Part shown: piece after piece, positions 1-9,274 of the stretch
How the letters are laid out: each line of letters opens with the position of its first letter
How positions within the stretch are numbered: position 1 is the first letter of the stretch
Origin: Thermoplasmatales archaeon
GTDB taxonomy: Archaea > Thermoplasmatota > Thermoplasmata > Methanomassiliicoccales > Methanomethylophilaceae
Length of the DNA stretch: 60,002 nt
Assembly: GCA_012522645.1 (NCBI GenBank)
Contig: JAAYKC010000018.1
Span: forward strand, 1-60,002
Direction: 5' to 3'
Position numbers and translations under genes: made by a program
The notes under the pieces: generated by a model
The model's input: the letters and a program-made list of their open reading frames with translations, nothing else
What the model was told of the DNA's origin: nothing
Database searches by the model: none

Positions 1-132
1 GATCCCATATTCAGTCCGGACGGCAAAATATCCTTTGCAGAGATGCCTCTGGATGAGAAGAATCTCATATCCCATCGCGGAAGGGCGATCGGGCTCCTCA
101 AAAAGGAGCTCAGCACGAAAGGATTGATCTGA
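1..132 (+). CDS. dITP/XTP pyrophosphatase (HAM1/RdgB family), C-terminal fragment; 5' end lies outside the window
   Basis: Frame 1 reads DPIFSPDGKISFAEMPLDEKNLISHRGRAIGLLKKELSTKGLI*. The DPIF..F(A)EM..EKN.ISHRG.A pattern is the conserved C-terminus of HAM1/RdgB NTPases. Stop TGA at 130-132. Confidence 0.7.
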   Translation, partial: DPIFSPDGKISFAEMPLDEKNLISHRGRAIGLLKKELSTKGLI

Positions 133-172
133 AGAATAGCCTTAATTACGAGCGGCGCATCATGAACCGCAC

Positions 173-245
173 GGGTCTGTGGGCTAGCTTGGTATACTTG
201 TGGCTTTGGGAGCCATTGACCCCGGTTCAAATCCGGGCAGACCCA
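173..245 (+). tRNA. tRNA-Pro (anticodon TGG)
   Basis: Acceptor GGGTCTG/CAGACCC with discriminator A. Anticodon arm GTGGC-TTTGGGA-GCCAT. T-arm CCCGG-TTCAAAT-CCGGG. The D-stem pairs weakly and the variable loop is 4 nt. CCA is not encoded. Confidence 0.75.
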
Positions 246-521
246 CTACATCATCAGGCCGGTATACTCGATTTGAAAATCAATGACGGGATATCGAGAA
301 AGAGGGACGATATCGTCAGGGGCATACTGATGCGGCATAATCCCTGAGATTCGATCGGAATCCGCATTCGTCTGAGATGTGCCAGCATATCTTTTTAAGA
401 CAACCGGATCCTGCTGATTTGATGAAATGTTTCATAAAGATCGAAATAGAAACCGACTGTTATGAAAAAAGGACAATTAATGAATCCGTAAAACCTGTCC
501 CGCAGACAGAGCTGTGTTAAA

Positions 522-1220
522 ATGAACGGGAAAGAGACATACGACAAGCTAAAGGAGATGGCCTTCGGTGAAGGGATCGATCTTTTCAGGATAGCGGATG
601 CCGATTGTTTTCTTGACAGTGAATATGAAGGGAACAGGCCGCAGGATTTCCTTGAGGACGTGCGTTCAGTCATAATCATAGGGTCGGTTGTACCCAACGG
701 GGTCGTGGACCCGCTGCCGAAGGGAAGGAGCCAGTACACCAATACGCTGATGGCCGCAACGGCTCTTCTGAGAGTCGCCTCATTCAAACTGGCCCGTTTC
801 ATAGAGAGGACTGGGCACTGGGCGAGCATCGTACCGAACGAAGGAAGTGAGTTCGGATACTGGTATGCCGACAAGGATACTCTGAGAGCGGATCTCTCGG
901 TCAAATGGGCTGCCTACTGCGCAGGAATGGGCAATTACGGCATCAACCAATTGCTGATAACTCCTGAATACGGTCCGAGGGTGAGGCTCACTGCGATCCT
1001 GACCGACATGGTCCTTGATTACGATGGGAAGAGCATGCCCCTCATCAGTGACGCATGCGGCGATTGCCGCCGTTGCATACAGGTATGTCCGGTGCAGGCG
1101 ATCCATGAGGACGGTACATTTGAGAGGTTCAAATGCAAAGAGTATATGTTCAGCGAGCTGGGAGGATTGCGATGCGGATTATGTCTGAAGGTCTGTCCGC
1201 CCGGTTCCGGCAATCCCTGA
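522..1220 (+). CDS. 4Fe-4S dicluster protein of the QueG/reductive-dehalogenase-like family
   Basis: CGDCRRCIQVCP and C...CGLCLKVCP cluster motifs near the C-terminus. The N-terminal GIDLFRIADAD segment resembles epoxyqueuosine-reductase-like proteins. The specific substrate is unknown. Confidence 0.5.
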   Translation: MNGKETYDKLKEMAFGEGIDLFRIADADCFLDSEYEGNRPQDFLEDVRSVIIIGSVVPNGVVDPLPKGRSQYTNTLMAATALLRVASFKLARFIERTGHWASIVPNEGSEFGYWYADKDTLRADLSVKWAAYCAGMGNYGINQLLITPEYGPRVRLTAILTDMVLDYDGKSMPLISDACGDCRRCIQVCPVQAIHEDGTFERFKCKEYMFSELGGLRCGLCLKVCPPGSGNP

Positions 1221-1345
1221 GAAATACAGAGTTTCAGAATCCCGAAACAAAGTTGTCCTATATAACCGAATATGGGCACGGAGAGGCCTTTCTCCGCCCG
1301 GGAACACGGAACGTGTAAATACTGGATGCGCCAGTTCTTCCGCTC

Positions 1346-1675
1346 GTGATTGTTGAATGGGTCTACCTTCTGGTGGCAGGGCTCCTTGAGCCGTGCTGGG
1401 TAATTGCTCTTGAGAAATCAGACAGATTCAGGAAGGTCCCCTGGGCGATAGCAACGGTTGCCATATTGATCGCCAGCCTTTACCTCCTGTCTCTTTCCAT
1501 GGCCCTGATCGGCCCCGGGACATCCTATGCTGTATGGACCGGTATCGGGGCCGTGCTGACCATGGTGCTGGGTATAGTGATCTACAAAGAGCCGGCCGTC
1601 CTGGTCCGCATATCCTTCATAATGTTGATAGTGGCAGGTGTTGTCGGCCTCAATCTTGTTTCGGGGGCAGCGTGA
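1346..1675 (+). CDS. SMR-family small multidrug/guanidinium exporter subunit (SugE/Gdx-like)
   Basis: 109 aa with four hydrophobic segments and a membrane-embedded Glu in TM1 (GLLEPCW). GTG start. Directly followed by a paralog (TGA then ATG). Confidence 0.75.
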   Translation: MIVEWVYLLVAGLLEPCWVIALEKSDRFRKVPWAIATVAILIASLYLLSLSMALIGPGTSYAVWTGIGAVLTMVLGIVIYKEPAVLVRISFIMLIVAGVVGLNLVSGAA

Positions 1676-2026
1676 ATGAAGGAATGCAATAAGCTCTGGA
1701 TGTATCTTCTGATAGCCGGCATATGCGAAATAATCTGGGCTGTCTCTCTGGGATACTCGGAGGGATTCACCATACCGTGGTACGCAGCGGCGGTCGTGAT
1801 CTTCCTGTCCATAAGCATATATCTCCTGTCCAAGGCCATAAACGGCGGCCTCCCGGTCGGAACGGCCTATGCCGTATGGGTGGGCATAGGATCCGTGGGC
1901 ACCATGGCCGTCAGCATCATACTGGGCAATGAGCCGGCAGCCCCTTTGAATATGCTCTTCGTGGGAGCGATCATAATCGGGATCATAGGATTGCAGGTCA
2001 CATGCGGTGCGAAAGCACAGGATTAA
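1676..2026 (+). CDS. SMR-family exporter subunit, paired paralog
   Basis: 116 aa, 4 TM, TM1 Glu (GICEIIW). The tandem arrangement suggests a heterodimeric SMR pair. Confidence 0.75.
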   Translation: MKECNKLWMYLLIAGICEIIWAVSLGYSEGFTIPWYAAAVVIFLSISIYLLSKAINGGLPVGTAYAVWVGIGSVGTMAVSIILGNEPAAPLNMLFVGAIIIGIIGLQVTCGAKAQD

Positions 2027-2053
2027 AGGGTTCATTCTCCCTTACCTCTCCGC

Positions 2054-2539
2054 ATGACAAAATTCGAGATAGGGGATACAGCTCCAGATTTCACACTGTC
2101 CTCGACAGACGGCGGGGATTTCAACCTGTACGGCGAATTGGAGAACGGGCCGGTATTGGTCAACTTCTATGTCGGAGACTTCGGTCTGAACTGCTATAAC
2201 TACTCAGTCAGATTCGTAGAGCGTTACGGCGAGCTGTTGGATGCCGGCACCAGGATGGTGGGGGTCAATTCAGACAGTGCGGACAGCCACAGGAAATGGA
2301 AAGAACGCCTGGAGGCCCCTTATGATTTCCTTTTTGACGAGAACAAGAAAGTGAGCACAGAGTACGGCGCCATAGTCGGACCGGGGCACATGGTCACGGG
2401 CTTCACCAACAGGGAATTCTATCTCATAGGCGGAGACAGGAGGATAAGGTACATCTGGAGAGCGGATGTACCTAAAACGCTCCCTGATTTCGATGAGGTC
2501 CTTGAAGGAGTGAAGAAGGGACTGGCTCTTCAGTTCTGA
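2054..2539 (+). CDS. Redoxin/AhpC-TSA family thiol peroxidase-like protein
   Basis: GDTAPDFTL...VLVNFYVGDFGLNC matches the N-terminal peroxiredoxin/BCP pattern, with one Cys at the expected position. Confidence 0.6.
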   Translation: MTKFEIGDTAPDFTLSSTDGGDFNLYGELENGPVLVNFYVGDFGLNCYNYSVRFVERYGELLDAGTRMVGVNSDSADSHRKWKERLEAPYDFLFDENKKVSTEYGAIVGPGHMVTGFTNREFYLIGGDRRIRYIWRADVPKTLPDFDEVLEGVKKGLALQF

Positions 2540-3207
2540 TCCTTGGTTTCGAGAAATGCTTCCTCCACGGTCAGCAGGGACGAGTTGCGGCCGGCATCCT
2601 TGCGGTCCCGTTTTATGACGAGACGCTTCTCGTGCATCGGAGAATCCAGGACAAGGGATTCATACTCCCCTCCTTCCCCGGTCACGCTGAGCCCGATCCT
2701 CTCTCCCGCTTCGATCAGCCTCTCCTTGCATGCGGCATCCAGCCTGCATCCCAAAAAGGTCTCGTCCAACCCCTCTGCGAAGGTCCCTACGATTATCGCC
2801 TCTATGCCGGCGGCCCCGATCTCGTCGTAAACCAGATTCTGATCCTTCCTCCAGAGGGGGGCGTAGACCATGAGACCCAGATCATCACAGACCGTATTGA
2901 TCCTGTCCCATTGGTAGTCGGACCATATACCGCCCATTATCACTCCGTCCGCCTCCAATCCGCCGAGGACGTCCCTCAGGGCCTTCATGTCCCCGGCCTC
3001 CGTGCCGTCTGTCTCGGCTCCTTTGAACCTCATTCCCACAGCCTCGGCGATCAGGGGCACCAGCCCCGCATTCGGAGTGTGGAATATCCATGAGTCCCCT
3101 GCAGAGGAAATGCCGACCACGCAGCATATCTCGTGACCTGACTGATGAGCCAGGTACATCGCGAGAATGGAATCCTTCCCGCCGGAGCAAAGAGCGGCCA
3201 AGCGCAT
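2530..3207 (-). CDS. Diphthine-ammonia ligase-type ATP pyrophosphatase (Dph6/MJ0570 family)
   Basis: N-terminal MRLAALCSGGKDS PP-loop and overall MJ0570-family layout, 225 aa. Confidence 0.7.
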   Translation of the reverse strand: MRLAALCSGGKDSILAMYLAHQSGHEICCVVGISSAGDSWIFHTPNAGLVPLIAEAVGMRFKGAETDGTEAGDMKALRDVLGGLEADGVIMGGIWSDYQWDRINTVCDDLGLMVYAPLWRKDQNLVYDEIGAAGIEAIIVGTFAEGLDETFLGCRLDAACKERLIEAGERIGLSVTGEGGEYESLVLDSPMHEKRLVIKRDRKDAGRNSSLLTVEEAFLETKDQN

Positions 3208-3262
3208 GAGCCCCTATGGACCAGCAGTAATTTAATCTCTTACAAGCGCAATCGGACCTCTC

Positions 3263-3961
3263 ATGAGAATAGATGAGATGACCTCGGAGGATTTCCGTGA
3301 AGCTGTGATCAAAGGGGCTACTGTCATCCTGCCTTTGGGAGCCACTGAAGCCCACGGACCTCATCTTCCCCTCGGAACCGATACGTTCCAGCCGGAATAT
3401 GTCGCTGAGAGGGTCGCTGAGATGAACGACAACGTTCTGGTCGCACCCGTCATGCCTTACGGGCAGCACTCCTCCATGCGGAACGTGGCCGGCACGATCG
3501 GCATATCATTCGACACACTGCGCGCTTTCGTCACCGACGTCCTGAACTATCTTATCGCTGACGGGATCAGAAGGATAGTCATCATAAGCGGGCATGCCGG
3601 CACATCCCACATGTGCGCCATAACCGAGGCCTGCAGAGCAGTCGTCGGAAGAAGAGATGTGCGGATCGCGTTCTTCTCCGACTATGATATAGCTTCTGAG
3701 ATGACCAATGTGGAGAATGACGGGCACGGGGGCCTGGTCGAGACCTCCAGGATCCTGGATATCCGTCCGGATCTTGTGAGGGGCGCAAGACCTGTGGGAA
3801 CGTACAAGAGTCACGGACACCTTGTTCTCAGGGACGGCAGTGTCTGCTTCCCTGAGGGAATGGCAGGAGACACGAGAGATTCGACCCCTGAATTCGGAAA
3901 AGAGATAAATGACTACGTCGTGAGGGCGGTATCTGAGATCATCAGGGAAGACCTATCATGA
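3263..3961 (+). CDS. Creatininase-family amidohydrolase (ArfB-like)
   Basis: LPLGATEAHGPHLPLGTD and SGHAG motifs typical of the creatininase family. Confidence 0.65.
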   Translation: MRIDEMTSEDFREAVIKGATVILPLGATEAHGPHLPLGTDTFQPEYVAERVAEMNDNVLVAPVMPYGQHSSMRNVAGTIGISFDTLRAFVTDVLNYLIADGIRRIVIISGHAGTSHMCAITEACRAVVGRRDVRIAFFSDYDIASEMTNVENDGHGGLVETSRILDIRPDLVRGARPVGTYKSHGHLVLRDGSVCFPEGMAGDTRDSTPEFGKEINDYVVRAVSEIIREDLS

Positions 3962-4635
3962 GCGTCAATATGAAGAAGGCTGCAGCGGAAAGAGCCGTGG
4001 ACGAATATGTGAAGGACGGAATGAAGGTCGGGCTCGGCACCGGGTCCACTGCATTCTATGCGATCCACAGAGTGGGTGAGCTCGTGGCTAACGGCATGGA
4101 TCTGACATGCGTCGCCACATCCGAGGAGACTGAGAGGATTGCCGGGGACCTCGGGATAAAGGTCGTGGATCTCTCAGAGGTCAACAATCTGGACGTCACG
4201 ATAGACGGTGCTGACGAGGTCACCATGCAACTGCAGCTCATCAAAGGGCTGGGAGGAGCGCTCGTAAGGGAGAAGATCGTCGCAGCGGCATCCCTGGATC
4301 AGATCATAATCGCTGATGAGTCCAAGCTTGTGGAATCCCTGGGGAAGGTGTGCCCTCTGCCTGTGGAGGTCATGATCTTCGGTCATGAGAAAGCAAAGCG
4401 CATGATAGAGCGCCAGGGATGCAAGGCAGTGCTGAGGATGAAGGGCGATGAGCCCTTCGTAACGGACAACGGGAACTACATATACGACTGCAAGTTCGAC
4501 GGTATTGAGAACCCGTACTTCCTGGAGAGCCGCCTGGACACCATACCCGGTGTCGTGGAGAACGGCCTTTTCCTCAACATGACGACCGCAGCATTCGTGG
4601 GCCGTTCCGACGGCACTGTTAAGAAGATCTGCTGA
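3958..4635 (+). CDS. rpiA: Ribose-5-phosphate isomerase A
   Basis: GLGTGSTA, DGADEV and KGLGGALVREKIVA motifs. ATGA overlap with the upstream gene. Confidence 0.9.
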   Translation: MSVNMKKAAAERAVDEYVKDGMKVGLGTGSTAFYAIHRVGELVANGMDLTCVATSEETERIAGDLGIKVVDLSEVNNLDVTIDGADEVTMQLQLIKGLGGALVREKIVAAASLDQIIIADESKLVESLGKVCPLPVEVMIFGHEKAKRMIERQGCKAVLRMKGDEPFVTDNGNYIYDCKFDGIENPYFLESRLDTIPGVVENGLFLNMTTAAFVGRSDGTVKKIC

Positions 4636-4724
4636 CTCTGCGCTCTCTTATAACGCGCGGGCTAATGCTTTTTATATGACCTCAGTATTAGGCAGTCCTG
4701 CTTCCACCAGAAGGTGTATTAATA

Positions 4725-5015
4725 ATGAAATTGCCCAGGACAGTCAAGAGATATTGCCCAAACTGCAAGACCCATTCGGTCCATGATGTAGAGAGGGTTA
4801 AGAAGAAAAAAGCCAGCGAACTGAAATGGGGTCAGAGGAGATTCAGGAAGGTCACTTCCGGATACGGCGGTTTCCCCAGGCCTAAGCCTGAGGGAAGAGA
4901 GAAACCCACCAAGAGGGTGAACCTCAGATACAGATGCACCCAGTGCAAGAAAGCTAACCTGTCTCCCTGCATCAGGGCCAAGAAGTTCGAACTCATGGAG
5001 GGATCGCACCAGTGA
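4725..5015 (+). CDS. rpl44e: 50S ribosomal protein L44e (eL42)
   Basis: MKLPRTVKRYCPNCKTHSVH...YRCTQCKKA zinc-ribbon L44e sequence. A TATA-like tttttatatg lies about 50 nt upstream. Confidence 0.95.
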   Translation: MKLPRTVKRYCPNCKTHSVHDVERVKKKKASELKWGQRRFRKVTSGYGGFPRPKPEGREKPTKRVNLRYRCTQCKKANLSPCIRAKKFELMEGSHQ

Positions 5016-5179
5016 CCGGAAAATTCATAAAAATCAAATGCACGGACTGCAGCAACGAGCAGATCGCTTTTGCCAGGCCGTCTACATTAGTAACCTGCCA
5101 CGCATGTGGCTCCACCCTTATCGTCCCGAAAGGCGGTAAAGGGCAGGTAAAAGGCGAAATCGTAGAAGTAGTAGGTTAA
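5012..5179 (+). CDS. rps27e: 30S ribosomal protein S27e (eS27)
   Basis: Absent from the ORF track because it is only 55 aa. GTG start overlaps the L44e stop. Translation: VTGKFIKIKCTDCSNEQIAFARPSTLVTCHACGSTLIVPKGGKGQVKGEIVEVVG*, with the C-x2-C...C-x2-C S27e zinc ribbon. Confidence 0.85.
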   Translation: MTGKFIKIKCTDCSNEQIAFARPSTLVTCHACGSTLIVPKGGKGQVKGEIVEVVG

Positions 5180-5181
5180 TC

Positions 5182-5955
5182 ATGCCTCGAAACAAGGGTT
5201 TCCCCGAAAGAGGAGAGCTGGTCGTCTGTTCGGTCACCAGTGTCAAGGATTTCGGGGCTTTCGTCACACTTGATGAGTATGGCGACAAGGAGGGTTTCAT
5301 CCACATCAGAGATGCCGCCACCGGCTGGGTCAAGTACCTGCGTGACTACATCCGTGAAGGACAGAAAGTCGTCTGCAAGGTCCTGGGCGTAGACCCGTCC
5401 AAAGGGCACATAGATCTTTCCCTCAAATCCGTGAATGCGCACCAGAAGCGCGAGAAGATCCAGCAGTGGAAGAACGAGAAGAAGGCGGAGAAGCTCGTCG
5501 AGATCATCGCAGAGAGGATGACAATATCCATTGACGATGCATATGATCAGTTCGCCAATGAGCTCATCGACACCTACGAGACTCTGTACGGAGCCTTCGA
5601 GGCCTTCGCCGTTTCCCCGGACGAGATGACCGAGGAGTACAGCGGAGCATGGGTCCAAACATTCCTGGAGGTTGCCCAGGAGAACGTAGCCGTGCCGTCC
5701 GTGAAGATAAGCGGGATATTGGAGCTCAGATCTTTCGCTCCTGACGGCATAGAGCACATAAAGAACGCACTGAACAAAGGCCTTGCTGCGGGCGGCGATG
5801 CGGATGCGGAGATCATTTGCGTGGGATGCCCGAAGTACCGCATAGTCATCACCGCCGAGGATTACAAAACGGCGGAAGAGACGATGAAGGATATCTCTTC
5901 GGCTGCCATCAAGGCCATGGAGAAAGCGGGCGGCGAAGCGTCCCTCAAACGCTGA
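5182..5955 (+). CDS. eif2a: Translation initiation factor 2 subunit alpha (aIF2-alpha)
   Basis: N-terminal S1 domain (GELVVCSVTSVKDFGAFVTLDEYGDKEGFIHI), 257 aa, in the conserved position after rps27e. Confidence 0.9.
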   Translation: MPRNKGFPERGELVVCSVTSVKDFGAFVTLDEYGDKEGFIHIRDAATGWVKYLRDYIREGQKVVCKVLGVDPSKGHIDLSLKSVNAHQKREKIQQWKNEKKAEKLVEIIAERMTISIDDAYDQFANELIDTYETLYGAFEAFAVSPDEMTEEYSGAWVQTFLEVAQENVAVPSVKISGILELRSFAPDGIEHIKNALNKGLAAGGDADAEIICVGCPKYRIVITAEDYKTAEETMKDISSAAIKAMEKAGGEASLKR

Positions 5956-5967
5956 GAAGATTTTTTC

Positions 5968-6156
5968 ATGAGAACCGTGATAAGGGTTTGCAGAAGCTGT
6001 CGCAGATATTCCATGAGGCTGAAGTGCCCGGAATGCGGATCTGACACCCGGCACCCTGCGCCTCCCCGTTACTCCCCGGAGGACAGATACGGAGAGTACA
6101 GGAGGAAGAGCATCATCGAGGAGTACGGCGAGAATGGAAAGCACAGTGATTTATGA
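5968..6156 (+). CDS. nop10: H/ACA RNP protein Nop10
   Basis: CRSCRRYSMRLKCPECGSDTRHPAPPRYSPEDRYGEYRR is a Nop10 zinc ribbon plus the PxRFSP-like segment. Confidence 0.9.
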   Translation: MRTVIRVCRSCRRYSMRLKCPECGSDTRHPAPPRYSPEDRYGEYRRKSIIEEYGENGKHSDL

Positions 6157-6880
6157 TTCAATGCCCCGGACCAAGAAGGCTATTTTCATAGAGGGGCTCC
6201 CAGGAGTGGGGGATATCGGGAAGACGGCCGCGGATTTCATAGTGAAATCCCTGAAAGCCAAGAAGTTCGCCACCATCCTGTCAGAGCACCTTCCGCCCCA
6301 GGTGATCCTCGACGATGACTGCGTCATACGGATGGCGTCCAATGAATTGTGGTACGCCGAGGTCAACGGCAGAGACATAGTGTTCCTGACAGGGGACTTC
6401 CAGGCGATGACCCCTGACGGGCAGTTCCTCTTCTGCAAGAACCTGTTCGATAATGATCTGAAGAAGCTCGATATCTCGGAGATCTATACGCTCGGAGGAT
6501 ACGGCACAGGCAAACTGGTGGATAACCCGCGGATACTGGGTGCCGTCAGCGACATAGGGATGAAAGGAAGGCTGGAGGAGTGCGGTGTCGTCTTCTCCCC
6601 CGGAGAACCGGGGCCCGGGATCGTGGGCGCCAGCGGCCTGTTCGTAGGATTCGGACAGATGGCGGGCATCCCGTCCGCCTGCCTGATGGGCGAGACCTCA
6701 GGTTTCTTCGTAGACTATAAGAGCGCCATAGAGCTGATAAACGTGCTCGAGAAGCTCATGGGCTTCGAGATCGACAAGAAGGAGTTGCTGGAAGGCGCTG
6801 AGCATATCGACGAGCTTAATGCCAGAGTGAAGGAGTACGGTGAGGAGCAGGAGAGGAACAGCCTGACCTACATCGGTTGA
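6134..6880 (+). CDS. Proteasome assembly chaperone family protein (PAC2)
   Basis: IFIEGLPGVGDIGKTAADF N-terminus typical of archaeal PAC2. GAGGAG Shine-Dalgarno before the ATG at 6134. An alternative start at 6161 is possible. Confidence 0.7.
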   Translation: MESTVIYDSMPRTKKAIFIEGLPGVGDIGKTAADFIVKSLKAKKFATILSEHLPPQVILDDDCVIRMASNELWYAEVNGRDIVFLTGDFQAMTPDGQFLFCKNLFDNDLKKLDISEIYTLGGYGTGKLVDNPRILGAVSDIGMKGRLEECGVVFSPGEPGPGIVGASGLFVGFGQMAGIPSACLMGETSGFFVDYKSAIELINVLEKLMGFEIDKKELLEGAEHIDELNARVKEYGEEQERNSLTYIG

Positions 6881-6923
6881 ATTCCCGAATGTGTTAAATA
6901 ATGTATCCATTATCCTACCCTGT

Positions 6924-7034
6924 CCCCACCTAGCTCAGACTGGCTAGAGCGGCTGACTGTAGAGTGTTTCCGGTATTACCGGTGCAGCCGCCGAAATCAG
7001 CAGGTCCCCTGTTCAAATCAGGGGGTGGGGACCA
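6924..7034 (+). tRNA. tRNA-Tyr (anticodon GTA) with a 33-nt canonical intron (6963-6995); CCA encoded
   Basis: Acceptor CCCCACC/GGTGGGG gives the C1:G72 pair. D-arm GCTC/GAGC. Anticodon stem GCTGA/TCAGC with loop CTGTAG|intron|A. T-arm CCCTG-TTCAAAT-CAGGG. The intron contains a CCGGT-ATT-ACCGG hairpin. Confidence 0.85.
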
Positions 7035-7106
7035 TTTTCTTCTGACTTGACAAATTAACAGCCCTAAATAAATATGGATTGAGAATCAGAAATGAAAATA
7101 GTTTGA

Positions 7107-7135
7107 GGAGCGGCCCCGAGGCAGGGGACCGCTCC
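7107..7135 (-). terminator. GC-rich hairpin just downstream of htpG
   Basis: GGAGCGGCCCC-gaggca-GGGGaCCGCTCC inverted repeat lying 15 nt past the htpG stop. It is followed on the minus strand by a T-rich stretch. Confidence 0.3.
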
Positions 7136-7149
7136 TATCCCGTTCCGTA

Positions 7150-9060
7150 TCAAAACATGCTCAGCACAAGGTCCGAGTGTGCGACCGGATCATCAAGAGG
7201 TATGCCCGCCATTATGCTGGCCTGACCATACATGATCCTGACCATATCGGCCGCCTTATCCTTGTCCGACCCGATGGCATCCTCCAGAGCCCTGAACGCT
7301 GAGTGGTCTGCATTGAGCTCCAGTACCCGGGATGCTTTCATCTCGCCGCCCCTGCCGCCGGGCATCTCCCTGAAGTATTTCTCCATCTCGAAGGTTATGC
7401 TGCCGGTGGTCGTGAGCAGAACGGCATGATTCCTGAGCTTGCGGGAGATCCTGACCTCGGCAACATCATCGCCCAGGGTCGCCTTCACGAATTCCAGGGT
7501 ATCCTTGTGCTCTTCATCCTTCTCCTCCGCCTCCTTCCTCTCCTCCTCTGACTCCAACCCGAGGTCCTCGGTGGATACGTTGCAAAAGGGCTTTTTGTCA
7601 TACTCATTGAGGATGCTCACCAGGAACGGATCGACATCGTCTGTCATCAGCAGCACTTCGTAGCCTTTGTCCAGGACAGGTTCCATCTGCGGCAGGCTCT
7701 TAGCCTTCGATGCGGTGCTTGAGACCACATAGTATATCTTCTCCTGGCTCTCCTGCATGTTCTTCACATAATCGGCAAAGCTCACCATACCGCCCTTGGA
7801 GGACTCGAACATCACCAGGTCCTTCAGCGTGTCCTTGTCCGAGCCGAAATTATCCACCATGCCGTACTTGAGCTGCTGCCCGAAGCTGTCATAGAATTCC
7901 TTGTAGACATCCGGTTCATCCTTCATCAGACGCTCCAGCTCCGCCTTCACCTTCTTCGAGAGATTGGCTCCCACTGCTTTGAGGACGCTGTCATTCTGCA
8001 GCACCTCCCTCGATACATTCAGCGAGAAATCAGGTGAATCCACGACACCGCGCACGAAACGGAAGTGATACGGGAGTATGTCCGCACATCTGTCCATGAT
8101 CAGCACTCCGGACGAGTACAGCTGAAGGCCGGGCTGGAAATCGCGTGTGTAGAAATCGTGGGGCGCCCTCTTGGGCACGAACAGCATGGCCTTGTAGCTT
8201 ATGCGGCCCTCGGCATTCACCCGGATCACCGAGACCGGATCCTCATAATCATAGAACTGCCGCTTGTAGAATTCTTTGCATTCGTCATCTGATACCTCGG
8301 ACTTGCTCTTCTGCCAAAGGGGGACCATGCTGTTGATGACCTTGTTCTCAGTCTTCATGACGTAATCCCTTTTCGGCTCTCCGTCCTCATCCGTCTCACC
8401 GGTCTCCTCCCATTCTCCGGCCTCCACATCCATATGGATAGGCCAGCGGATGTAGTCAGAATATGTGACGATGAGCTCCCTGAGGCGCATCCGGTCAAGG
8501 AACTCATCATAGTTCTCCTCTTCCGTGTCCTCTTTTATGTGCATGATGACGTCTGTGCCAAAGGTGTCCTTCTCCCCTTTCTTTATCGTGTAACCGTCGA
8601 TGCCTTTGCTCTCCCATACGGATGCCTCATCTTCGCCGTAGGCTCTGGACACCACGGTCACCTTATCGGCGACCATGAATGCGGAGTAGAATCCCACACC
8701 GAACTGGCCTATGACATCGCTGTCAGCGCCCTCTTCCAATTTCTCCTTGAATTCGAAGGAGTCGCTGTATGCGATCATGCCCAGGTTCTTCTCCATCTCC
8801 TTGGCTGTCATCCCCGTGCCGTTATCGGATACGGTGATGGTGCGCGCCTCCTTATCTACCGAGACATCGATCCTGAAATCCTCCCTTGATATGTCCATGG
8901 AAGGATCGGCTACCATCCTGTGATTCATCTTATCGATCGCGTCGGAAGCGTTCGATATTATCTCCCTCAAAAAGATCTCCTTATGAGTGTAGATCGAGTT
9001 GATCACCAGCTCCATAAGGCGCTTCGTCTCTGCCTTGAACTGTTTCTTTGCCATTTTCAT
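7150..9060 (-). CDS. htpG: Molecular chaperone HtpG (Hsp90), bacterial type
   Basis: FKAETKRLMELVINSIYTHKEIFLREIISNASDAIDK and GQFGVGFYSAFMVADKV are Hsp90 N-domain signatures. 636 aa. Confidence 0.95.
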   Translation of the reverse strand: MKMAKKQFKAETKRLMELVINSIYTHKEIFLREIISNASDAIDKMNHRMVADPSMDISREDFRIDVSVDKEARTITVSDNGTGMTAKEMEKNLGMIAYSDSFEFKEKLEEGADSDVIGQFGVGFYSAFMVADKVTVVSRAYGEDEASVWESKGIDGYTIKKGEKDTFGTDVIMHIKEDTEEENYDEFLDRMRLRELIVTYSDYIRWPIHMDVEAGEWEETGETDEDGEPKRDYVMKTENKVINSMVPLWQKSKSEVSDDECKEFYKRQFYDYEDPVSVIRVNAEGRISYKAMLFVPKRAPHDFYTRDFQPGLQLYSSGVLIMDRCADILPYHFRFVRGVVDSPDFSLNVSREVLQNDSVLKAVGANLSKKVKAELERLMKDEPDVYKEFYDSFGQQLKYGMVDNFGSDKDTLKDLVMFESSKGGMVSFADYVKNMQESQEKIYYVVSSTASKAKSLPQMEPVLDKGYEVLLMTDDVDPFLVSILNEYDKKPFCNVSTEDLGLESEEERKEAEEKDEEHKDTLEFVKATLGDDVAEVRISRKLRNHAVLLTTTGSITFEMEKYFREMPGGRGGEMKASRVLELNADHSAFRALEDAIGSDKDKAADMVRIMYGQASIMAGIPLDDPVAHSDLVLSMF

Positions 9061-9274
9061 CCTCTTCGAATATCGAATAGCTCTATTTAGAGTTTGAACT
9101 TCTATATAAAAGTTTCAATCATAACGCCAACTTGTTTTAGCAAACAGTTAAATTTACAGCAGTGAAGAGGAACAGACGATATCGAACGGACGTATGTCCG
9201 TGAGATACTGTCTGTTTCTCCGCGAAAGTGACTGGCTGTTTGAAGAAGTGGGATTCTTTACAGGATTGTCGGAA

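Noticed and set aside
1221-1345. Possible guanidine riboswitch upstream of the SMR (Gdx-like) pair
   Set aside because: I looked for mini-ykkC-type paired ACGR-loop hairpins. There are ACGG strings and one GGAGA/TCTCC hairpin, but no convincing riboswitch architecture, and such riboswitches are essentially bacterial.
5176-6144. 322-aa minus-strand ORF covering the aIF2-alpha and Nop10 genes
   Set aside because: It is antisense to two unmistakable conserved genes. Its translation is low-complexity (Arg/Leu/Gly-rich) with no motif. It is a typical shadow ORF in GC-rich coding DNA.
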